DNA of 6,065 nucleotides from a virus (Duplodnaviria; Heunggongvirae; Uroviricota; Caudoviricetes): IMG/VR virus record IMGVR_UViG_2529292873_000014; one strand, 5' to 3'. Shown piece by piece: positions 1 to 6,046 of this stretch (position 1 is its first letter; each line of letters starts with the position of its first letter). The notes under the pieces were generated by a model. It saw only the letters and a program-made list of their open reading frames with translations, ran no database searches and was not told where the DNA came from. The position numbers and the translations under genes were made by a program.

Positions 1-1182
1 TTCCGGTGCCTTACCACTGATGAAGGCTGAGGTGCGCCCGGCTGCGTTCAGAATAGCGGTTGCCAGACGATCCGGAATAATGCTCCTGCGCGCCCATGAA
101 CTGAAATGTGTCGGGCGGTTTGATGATACCTGGTTTCCATTCGTTCTCGATGCCGCACCGTAATATCCTGATGCCGGAATATCCGGATCTTCTGCCGGCG
201 CGTTAGTGGCGGTATTGACACCGTTACCGTCTGTCATGAAGGGCACAAAATAAACGCCCTCACTCTCCCTGTTTTTATACCCGCCGTACACGGTGTCGTA
301 CTGGGTAGCGTATGTATTTTTCCAGTAATACGTCGTGTCACCACAAATCCACGGCACATCTGCAGCACTGCCACCATGGCACTGCGCGTTAAACACGGAG
401 AGGTCAGCACGAAACTGTGTCAGCATGGCTGTAAACAGCGCAGGTTGCTGTGCGTGGGTGGCGGCGCTCATGTCAAACTCTCCCTGCATCCAGCACACCG
501 CCAGCAACACATTTTTCGGGTTCTTCTGTAATGCAGCTTTAGTGCGCGCAATCAGGTCCTGATATAACGGTTTACCCACACCCCAGCGCGCCGAATCCTG
601 GCTGGCCCCCGCGTCCGCACTGAATGTCCCCTCCGCGCCCTGGGTGAATGCCGAACCACCACGACAGCATGGTACCAGCAGGATCCCCGCGTTATTCGGG
701 ATATACGGAAGCAGTTTTTTGGCAATATGTAAGCCCTGGCCGACACAGCCGTACTGCCCTTTGCTCAGGTCTGCCTTCGGATGATTCAGCGTACTCATAT
801 CCTGCACATCATGCAGGCAGTGGTCAGCCGGAATGATGTCGTTATACGTACAACTCTCTCCACCCGGAGTTACCGTGCTGCGGCGCGCCAGCTGTTTAAT
901 GCGCGGATCCGGAGCATCGTAAGAATCCGGTAACGGAAGCCCTTCACCGTAGGCCATGCCGTTGGACTGTCCGGCAAGCACAACCACGTAGAACCAGTCC
1001 GGCTTAGATGAAGGGCCGACCTGTGGATCTCCTTCAATAGCCACCGCCTGCATCAGTGTGTACGGCGTAATGGCAACCGGTCCGCCGTATGGCTGCCAGC
1101 CCTCTTTCAGTTTGTGTGTCAGCTTTTCCGCAAGGTCTGACGGCGACGCCGCCCTGACAACATCATAGTGTTTAAATGCCAT
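1..1182 (-). CDS. nanS-p: NanS-p-like prophage esterase (DUF1737 N-terminus plus SGNH/sialate O-acetylesterase-type domain); 5' part only, 394 codons open to the window edge
   Basis: ATG at 1182-1180 preceded by GGGAGG with a 4-nt spacer. My translation begins MAFKHYDVVRAASPSDLAEKLTHKLKEGWQPYGGPVAITPYTLMQAV and contains VVLAGQSNGMAYGEG (GQSN encoded at 961-972), which I recall as the esterase motif of this family. No stop in this frame down to position 1, and the ORF track shows no competing minus-strand ORF there. Position downstream of phage tRNAs matches the stx-flanking nanS-p locus. Family call is from memory. Confidence 0.7.
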   Translation of the reverse strand, partial: MAFKHYDVVRAASPSDLAEKLTHKLKEGWQPYGGPVAITPYTLMQAVAIEGDPQVGPSSKPDWFYVVVLAGQSNGMAYGEGLPLPDSYDAPDPRIKQLARRSTVTPGGESCTYNDIIPADHCLHDVQDMSTLNHPKADLSKGQYGCVGQGLHIAKKLLPYIPNNAGILLVPCCRGGSAFTQGAEGTFSADAGASQDSARWGVGKPLYQDLIARTKAALQKNPKNVLLAVCWMQGEFDMSAATHAQQPALFTAMLTQFRADLSVFNAQCHGGSAADVPWICGDTTYYWKNTYATQYDTVYGGYKNRESEGVYFVPFMTDGNGVNTATNAPAEDPDIPASGYYGAASRTNGNQVSSNRPTHFSSWARRSIIPDRLATAILNAAGRTSAFISGKAPE

Positions 1183-1375
1183 GAATCCTCCCGGCCGGGA
1201 TAATATTGTGAGTAAAATGAGGAGCGGGCTGAAGTCCGGAAGTTACAGGACAATGGCAGAAGAGAGACAACAGCCCGCAATACGAAAAAGGCCGCGCTAT
1301 TGCGCAGAGTGATTACTGTCGGATATTATTCGCCAGCTGAAATATTACTTCACGTTTTGTTGTTTATTCCTTGCC

Positions 1376-1403
1376 GCCCGCGCTCCCTGCGCGGGCTTTT
1401 TTT
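1376..1403 (+). terminator. Intrinsic terminator-like hairpin, plus-strand orientation
   Basis: Perfect 8-bp GC stem GCCCGCGC (1376-1383), loop tccct, GCGCGGGC (1389-1396), followed directly by T7 (1397-1403). On the minus strand the same hairpin has no U-tract after it, so it is orientation-specific to plus. Confidence 0.5.
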
Positions 1404-1412
1404 GTCCATAAG

Positions 1413-1443
1413 AAAGCCCCTCCGGAGAGGGGCTGGAGAGTGG
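1413..1443 (-). terminator. Possible minus-strand terminator (hairpin plus interrupted U-tract)
   Basis: Perfect 7-bp stem GCCCCTC / GAGGGGC with 4-nt loop (1425-1443); on the minus strand it is followed by UUUCUUAUGG. Lies back-to-back with the plus-strand terminator at 1376-1403. Confidence 0.3.
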
Positions 1444-1630
1444 CGCTATGTGCCATTGCATGGTGCCGGGTGCCTCCCGGTGAATTCAGTACCAGCACCT
1501 GAATCCGCGATTATCCCATATACCTACTCGCTGATTGCCCCTCCGCACAGGGGGATTCACCATGCCAGTTTCTTTTAACAAACTCCCCGCAAACCAGACA
1601 ACAGTCAACCGCCTGAATTGTGAGACATTT

Positions 1631-1656
1631 AAAAAAAAGGCCCGCAAAAGCGAGCC
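1631..1656 (-). terminator. Intrinsic terminator downstream of the tRNA cluster
   Basis: Minus strand reads GGCUCGC-UUUU-GCGGGCC (7-bp stem with one G-U pair, plus 1639-1656) followed by U8 (plus A-tract 1631-1638), 15 nt past the 3' end of tRNA-Arg at 1671. Confidence 0.55.
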
Positions 1657-1670
1657 AGGGAAAATAAGTG

Positions 1671-1747
1671 TGGCGCGTTGTACTGGATTCGAACCAGTGA
1701 CCGATTGCTTAGAAGGCAATTGCTCTGTCCGGCTGAGCTAACAACGC
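1671..1747 (-). tRNA. tRNA-Arg (anticodon UCU), phage-encoded
   Basis: Minus-strand sequence GCGTTGTTAGCTCAGCCGGACAGAGCAATTGCCTTCTAAGCAATCGGTCACTGGTTCGAATCCAGTACAACGCGCCA folds by hand into a cloverleaf: perfect 7-bp acceptor stem, D-arm GCTC/GAGC, anticodon stem ATTGC/GCAAT with loop CUUCUAA, T-loop TTCGAAT, encoded CCA. Differs from chromosomal argU as I remember it. Resembles the argO-type tRNA of Stx phages, but I did not verify that name. Confidence 0.85.
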
Positions 1748-1760
1748 AGGATACAGATAA

Positions 1761-1837
1761 TGGACCGCCTTCGGGGACCCGAACTCCGCGCAACCAGCTT
1801 CGAAAGCTGGCGCTCTTTCCTGATGAGCTAATGGCGG
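1761..1837 (-). tRNA. tRNA-Arg-like (anticodon UCG), atypical; possibly degenerate
   Basis: Minus-strand CCGCCATTAGCTCATCAGGAAAGAGCGCCAGCTTTCGAAGCTGGTTGCGCGGAGTTCGGGTCCCCGAAGGCGGTCCA. Acceptor stem has an A-A mismatch at 6:67, anticodon stem CCAGC/GCTGG is perfect with loop UUUCGAA, T-stem has an A-C mismatch and the T-loop is TTCGGGT rather than TTCGAAT. Sits in the middle position of the Ile-Arg-Arg trio. Confidence 0.55.
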
Positions 1838-1844
1838 TATGTGA

Positions 1845-1920
1845 TGGTGGCCCTTGCTGGATTTGAACCAGCGACCTGGCGATTATGAGTCGCTCGCTCT
1901 CACCACTGAGCTAAAGGGCC
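1845..1920 (-). tRNA. ileZ: tRNA-Ile2 (anticodon CAU, lysidine type), phage-encoded
   Basis: Minus-strand GGCCCTTTAGCTCAGTGGTGAGAGCGAGCGACTCATAATCGCCAGGTCGCTGGTTCAAATCCAGCAAGGGCCACCA: 76 nt, perfect acceptor stem GGCCCTT/AAGGGCC, anticodon loop CUCAUAA, T-loop TTCAAAT, encoded CCA. Close to my recollection of E. coli ileX/ileY. A Met assignment cannot be excluded from sequence alone. Confidence 0.8.
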
Positions 1921-1947
1921 GGGCAAAAAATAATAATCAGATGAAAA

Positions 1948-2661
1948 TCAATAATCAAGCCCTTGCCTGGATACATATCTGTCTGGCGGGAAGCCATAAT
2001 AGCGGTGAAATACAGAAATAAAGTAGGACCAGCTTGAATAACCGCATTTTTCTGCTACAGCCTGTCCATATCCATGCCGGGAACATAACATATTGACAGC
2101 AACACGCATCCGCTCTTCCAGCAACAAGCGACTGAACATGTGCCCTTCATTTTTCAGTTTTATCTTTAACAAACTCTCACTCATATGCAGGCGTAACGCA
2201 ATCGCACCAAGCGTCCAGCTTGCTGATATATCTGTCTGAATTATCGCCCTGACTTTGGCACTTATACTGGATAAACATCCACTTAAAAATAATAATATCC
2301 GTTCATCTGATTCAAACAGAGACAGGCAGGCCATCATAAGAAACATATCCGTGACCTCTCCGGAAAATCCCTGGCTGGTAATTAAAGCCGCAGCCAACGC
2401 AGGATTGTTGGGTTCCAGCAACAGGTAAAGCGGAATGTCAGTCAGACGAGTCCTCGTCAGCTTATGCTGACTTTCCAGATATTGACTTACGACGGATTCG
2501 CTTATATCGACAATTTTAACTTTGCCATAATGCATAAGGAAAAGCTCCCTGATGCATTTGGTGGCCAGAACGACTGAGCCTGGCTTAAGTGACAACGTAT
2601 CCTTTTCAAGAAAAATATTAATTGGGGAGCAAACCATGATAACTGAACAGACAACAACCAT
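1948..2661 (-). CDS. AraC/XylS-family transcriptional regulator, YdeO/GadX/AppY-like subfamily
   Basis: 237-aa ORF with ATG at 2661; alternative ATG at 2637 gives MVCSPINIF. C-terminal AraC-type HTH region (WTLGAIALRLHMSESLLKIKLKNEGHMFSRLLLEERMRVAVNML ... EKCGYSSWSYFISVFHRYYGFPPDRY) resembles recalled YdeO/AppY/GadX segments such as ISESLLKKKLK and QCGYxSTSYFI. DNA is AT-rich, roughly 35% GC in a sampled 60-nt stretch versus about 52% in the backbone. Confidence 0.8.
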   Translation of the reverse strand: MVVVCSVIMVCSPINIFLEKDTLSLKPGSVVLATKCIRELFLMHYGKVKIVDISESVVSQYLESQHKLTRTRLTDIPLYLLLEPNNPALAAALITSQGFSGEVTDMFLMMACLSLFESDERILLFLSGCLSSISAKVRAIIQTDISASWTLGAIALRLHMSESLLKIKLKNEGHMFSRLLLEERMRVAVNMLCSRHGYGQAVAEKCGYSSWSYFISVFHRYYGFPPDRYVSRQGLDY

Positions 2662-2697
2662 TATAATTTTACTTTCATTAGCAATTGGTTAGCTCAA

Positions 2698-2997
2698 TTA
2701 TAGCCCCAAAAGGTAAATTATCATCAACACATAAGCAAAGGACTGACAGGTGCCGCTAACACCCACCAGCCGCCCATTTACCACAAATAAAAAAGCCTTC
2801 AGGACTGAAGGCGTCTGTAACAACCGAAACTGATAGTCTGCCAGACCCGCCATAACCAGCTGGGTCAGTATTAACTGGCAGCGTTCGCGTGAAAGGTAAG
2901 TATTCTGCGCAATCTCCCCGACTGTCGCCGGTTCGGTAACGCTTAATTCATTAAACACCACTCTGGCGGTTTCTGTCATATCCTGCTGTTTCAGCAT
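2698..2997 (-). CDS. Hypothetical small protein, possible HTH fold with hydrophobic C-terminus; coding status uncertain
   Basis: ORF track gives 2698..3093. I prefer the internal ATG at 2997-2995 (MLKQQDMTETARVVFNELSVTEPATVGEIAQNTYLSRERCQLILTQLVMAGLADYQ...) because AGGGA lies about 9 nt upstream and it falls below the terminator at 3117-3143. The segment TVGEIAQNTYLSRERCQLILTQLV looks like a helix-turn-helix by eye. GC content rises above that of the flanking cargo genes. No recognised family. Confidence 0.35.
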   Translation of the reverse strand: MLKQQDMTETARVVFNELSVTEPATVGEIAQNTYLSRERCQLILTQLVMAGLADYQFRLLQTPSVLKAFLFVVNGRLVGVSGTCQSFAYVLMIIYLLGL

Positions 2998-3116
2998 GTC
3001 TTTTTCCCTTTTCCGGTTAACGTGACACACCAATAACTCTTGTCGAAAAAGCCAGCAAGCTGAAAGACCGGTATTAATAACCACCAGCGACATTTAACGC
3101 ACTGCGCTACTTTGCG

Positions 3117-3143
3117 GGCACAAAAAACCCGCTCAGAGGCGGG
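3117..3143 (-). terminator. Intrinsic terminator closing the CPBP transcription unit
   Basis: Minus strand reads CCCGC-CUCUGA-GCGGG (plus 3128-3143) followed by U6 (plus A-tract 3122-3127) then GUG. An alternative hairpin GCGGG/CCCGC overlaps. It stands out as a GC-rich hairpin in an AT-rich region. Confidence 0.6.
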
Positions 3144-3284
3144 GTCAAGCTATGCGGCGAAATAACCACTCTTAACAGCATACCTGATTTTTTACGTACG
3201 TAAATGCTTTGCCGTGCATATTTTTCATGCAAATGTCACGTCCTGCTATTTTTCAGTCTTATAAATTTAAAACCATAGAAAAAA

Positions 3285-4103
3285 TCAATTATGTTTTAAA
3301 AATGGATAGGTAAAGAATAACAAGTGACACAGATTCAAACCAAAATGGAAAAGGGTGGCAACCCACAAACGCCCACTCCACATCCATGACAATCCATACA
3401 CAACACCAGATAACGTGGCAAATAATACAAGTAAAGCACCACCTGAATAGTGATAAAAACCAAACAACAAAGCCGCCACAATTAATGCAACCAATGGAGA
3501 CGTTACTTCTGATAGCCGTGATTGAATATACCCTCTAAATAATGATTCCTCTGCCAGAGACACAAAAAACAAATTAGCCAATATAAACTCTGGCAACCAC
3601 TCAGGAAAATGAATCTCTGGCTTTAATCCACCAAAAAAAACAGCCAAAAACAGGATAAGAGGAACAGAGAGCGACAGAGCCCCCCACTTCCACAAAGACA
3701 CTTCTGATTTTACTTCTTTTTTAAACAAAGAAGATGTACACAGGACTAACAAAAATGGCACCAGCGCTTTATCAAAATTAAAATACATTGTATAGGGAGT
3801 ACTTTGAGGGCCAACAGTAACAGAATTTAGCACTACAGGATTGTGAAACCCTGGCCATAGATGGAAAAATAATGCTATGGCTGATAAAACTATGCCAACT
3901 TCATATATAGATTTAGCCCAGGCGTTATATTTCCAGTTGAACTTCAAAATAATAAAAAAAACGATTGTAGCAACAAAAAATAACACCGACCAATCAATAA
4001 TATCATTAAGCACAGCCAGGACAACAGACACCGTCAACAATGAAAAAGCCACTACCTTATGCCAACTGAGAGTTGACAGTGACAGTACTAACACAATCCA
4101 CAT
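3285..4103 (-). CDS. CPBP-family (CAAX protease / bacteriocin-processing, Abi PF02517-type) intramembrane metalloprotease
   Basis: Start ATG at 4103-4101 with AAGGAG (plus 4109-4114) and a 5-nt spacer; the GTG at 4109 used by the ORF track lies inside the SD. The polytopic hydrophobic protein carries the three CPBP motifs in canonical order and spacing: EESLFR (motif 1, EExxxR, residues 187-192 in ORF-track numbering), FGFYH (motif 2, FxxxH, 216-220), HFGLN (motif 3, HxxxN, 255-259). AT-rich, about 37% GC in a sampled stretch. Confidence 0.8.
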   Translation of the reverse strand: MWIVLVLSLSTLSWHKVVAFSLLTVSVVLAVLNDIIDWSVLFFVATIVFFIILKFNWKYNAWAKSIYEVGIVLSAIALFFHLWPGFHNPVVLNSVTVGPQSTPYTMYFNFDKALVPFLLVLCTSSLFKKEVKSEVSLWKWGALSLSVPLILFLAVFFGGLKPEIHFPEWLPEFILANLFFVSLAEESLFRGYIQSRLSEVTSPLVALIVAALLFGFYHYSGGALLVLFATLSGVVYGLSWMWSGRLWVATLFHFGLNLCHLLFFTYPFLKHN

Positions 4104-4134
4104 AAGCACTCCTTTTATTTAATGATGAAGATTG

Positions 4135-4163
4135 ATTATCAATATTTTCAATTCACCAGGCAA
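4135..4163 (-). promoter_or_regulatory. Candidate sigma70 promoter in the Q-to-CPBP intergenic region (possible pR'-like late promoter)
   Basis: Minus strand: -35 TTGCCT (plus 4158-4163), 17-nt spacer, -10 GATAAT (plus 4135-4140). A second candidate -10 TATAAT lies at plus 4214-4219 without a good -35. The position immediately after the Q stop is where lambdoid phages place pR' and qut. Hexamer matching only. Confidence 0.3.
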
Positions 4164-4254
4164 CATTTTATCTACCTTCCACAATACATGACCATCAAAA
4201 AATAAACATGTTAATTATAAACACAGAAAACATAACCCTCATCACTATATATCC

Positions 4255-4626
4255 CTACCGCATATCCATATCTAACCGGACATTCAGAGCCATAAGCATT
4301 CCTTCAATAATACCTTCCGCTTTATAAAGCCTTTTACCAATAAGCCCATCAGAACATCTATGCTTACGTGCAAGAGCCATAAATGTCATTCCACCTACGT
4401 AATAATCCACCAACAAATCGTGCAAATACTGATTATTCTTGTTTAATCGTGCCATACAACCACAAATTATCATGGCGTCATCATCAGAACACTTAGGACG
4501 TGATTTCACTTTAGTCGGGATTAATCCTTTAAAACCAGCAGCTATCGAGGGCCATGTTACATCTTCATGATTATTTGCTGCCCATGCCCCCCATCGCTCA
4601 AGAACCATCTGGATATCACGCGCCAT
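4255..4626 (-). CDS. Q: Late-gene antitermination protein Q (phage 82 / QuuD-like family)
   Basis: ATG at 4626-4624 gives [61 protein letters not shown]..., close to my recollection of DLP12 QuuD. The ORF track's 4635 start is a GTG extension. The Q start overlaps the rusA stop within ATGGCGCGTGA, typical of coupled nin-region genes. Confidence 0.85.
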   Translation of the reverse strand: MARDIQMVLERWGAWAANNHEDVTWPSIAAGFKGLIPTKVKSRPKCSDDDAMIICGCMARLNKNNQYLHDLLVDYYVGGMTFMALARKHRCSDGLIGKRLYKAEGIIEGMLMALNVRLDMDMR

Positions 4627-4987
4627 CGTTACCACCTCTGATTTCGTAAATCTTCACGCCCAGCCGTCCACCTGGCACAGGCTGACCGCGCACAATATTG
4701 ATTTCATCAAACTGCTCGTCATCAATGAGCACTTCCGCATGCGTCAGCGCATCCAGCGGTGCTTTCAGAATGTTGTCCAGGTCACGGCGGCGCTTATCCG
4801 GTGGTTCTGCAATAATTTTTATTGCCAGCCGTCCGGACAGGCTTAATTTCAGCCGCTGCTGGCGAACAATAAGCGCCACAGCCCGGCGATAACGCTCACC
4901 GGCTTTTGATACAAAATATGTGCTGCCACGACGTCGCCAGTAGGTGTTCACCGTCGGCGGGTAAGGCAAAACAAACTCTATACGCAT
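4616..4987 (-). CDS. rusA: Holliday junction resolvase RusA
   Basis: 123-aa ORF, ATG at 4987 with AAGAGG 6 nt upstream. [21 protein letters not shown] ... [29 protein letters not shown] matches the RusA pattern recalled from DLP12 RusA (...[23 protein letters not shown]...). The usual neighbour of Q in lambdoid nin regions. Confidence 0.9.
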   Translation of the reverse strand: MRIEFVLPYPPTVNTYWRRRGSTYFVSKAGERYRRAVALIVRQQRLKLSLSGRLAIKIIAEPPDKRRRDLDNILKAPLDALTHAEVLIDDEQFDEINIVRGQPVPGGRLGVKIYEIRGGNDGA

Positions 4988-4999
4988 CAGTAACCTCTT

Positions 5000-6046
5000 T
5001 TACCCGAGCACGCCGGTTGCAAAAGCGTGATCAAGAAAACGAAAAATTAAATCAACCTGGGAACCATGCTTTTCTTCGAACGCCAGCGGATCCGCATGAA
5101 GCTCGTTGTGATGCTCCCGACACAGCGGTAGCGTGAAAATATCGTGGGATTTTGTTCCCATTCCACCCTGACCATGACCAATCAGATGATGAGGATCGTC
5201 CGCTGGCTTACCACAACACGCACACGGCTGTGTCTTTACCCAGCGTGTGTATTTCTCATTTACCCAGCGGCGACGTTTAGGTCGTTTCATGAAGGATTCC
5301 GGAGACTCCGGATCAACGGCAATGCTGACCACCGTCTTTTCCTGTGGTGGGTTCTGTTGCTGGTGGGTGTGAGGCGGTAGCGCAAGATTTTTTGTGCGCT
5401 GCTTCAGTATGCTGGTGGCGGTCTGCTCTCCCGGTACGATGTCGCTTTCACGGTACACGAGCGGATTTTTTCCGCTGGTAATCCCAGCGAACGACGCGAT
5501 ACTGCCTCAGGTAGTGCGTCCGCCACCTGATTGCAGACCGCCCACCAGGATAATTCAGCCAGAGATAATTCCCGCTCCTGCGTACCGCTTATTGCGTGAC
5601 GGATGACGTCAATCATCCATGCTGCAGATTTTGTTGAGCAAGTTGCTCCAGTGATTCGATGTCTGGTCACGCAGCTGGTTGTCGCAGTGCCAGCACAACA
5701 CCATTGCGCCGGTACCGTAACGGTGAATGACGGTTTCGCTGTGATGATAATCGCCATGAGGCCACTGGCAGGATTTCACGTGACGTAATAACCAGTCAGA
5801 CAGTGCACCAGCGCCGCCAGCTGCACGAATCACCCGCTCATCGCTGAAAAATGGCAGCAGTGATTTATCTTCCGCCAGCGGCTGGCGAACAGCAGGAACC
5901 GCTCCAGATGGCAGCGCCCGCATGTTTTTCGGTTCCGGCTCCACCAGCACCCTGCCGCGATGAAAAACTGGCAATGATTCACGACCGGGCTTAAGGACCA
6001 CCAGCCCGAGTTCCGGAACCAGAACAGGTCGAAGTAATACCCGCAC
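5000..6046 (-). pseudogene. DUF968-like prophage gene (YdfU-like, Cys/His-rich C-terminus) read in three frames; frameshifted pseudogene or indel errors
   Basis: Three overlapping ORF-track pieces: 6046-5609 (frame A), 5757-5404 (frame B), 5458-5000 (frame C). A and C are the same frame (6046-5458 = 588 = 196 x 3); only about 140 nt in the middle is protein-like in frame B (WMIDVIRHAISGTQERELSLAELSWWAVCNQVADALPEAV), while frame A/C has two TGA stops there (5609-5611, 5507-5509). Total span is 1047 nt. The C-terminal part carries CACCGKPADDPHHLIGHGQGGMGTKSHDIFTLPLCREHHNELH. Confidence 0.5.

Noticed and set aside
335-836. Plus-strand ORFs 335..562 and 648..836, and minus-strand ORF 552..746
   Set aside because: They lie inside, antisense to, or out of frame with the long uninterrupted minus-strand nanS-p-like reading frame; no RBS or family resemblance.
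1217-1312. 31-codon plus-strand ORF (MRSGLKSGSYRTMAEERQQPAIRKRPRYCAE) as a standalone annotated gene
   Set aside because: Too short, weak RBS and no recognisable motif to call as a CDS; kept only as part of the unexplained-region finding.
1183-1670. Shiga toxin stxA/stxB expected between the phage tRNAs and nanS-p
   Set aside because: No ORF of suitable size or strand exists in this 490-bp interval; the locus is stx-negative.
1300-1866. ORFs 1300..1578 (+), 1535..1741 (+), 1678..1866 (+) and 1486..1719 (-)
   Set aside because: They run through terminator hairpins and across the tRNA genes; their translations are low-complexity and Arg/Pro-rich, typical of non-coding GC-rich DNA.
3877-4122. 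Plus-strand ORF 3877..4122 (81 aa)
   Set aside because: Antisense to the 5' end of the CPBP gene and overlapping its SD and start; no independent signals.
3000-4635. N-terminal extensions in the ORF track (small ORF from 3093, CPBP from GTG 4109, Q from GTG 4635, DUF968 C-part from GTG 5458)
   Set aside because: Internal ATG codons have better SD context or agree with recalled homologue N-termini; the 3093 start would also sit awkwardly just below the terminator at 3117-3143.
4698-5788. Plus-strand ORFs 4698..4892, 4906..5136, 5144..5380, 5394..5606 and 5603..5788
   Set aside because: All are antisense to rusA or the DUF968 region, with Ser/Arg/Cys-rich translations typical of the reverse frame of real genes.
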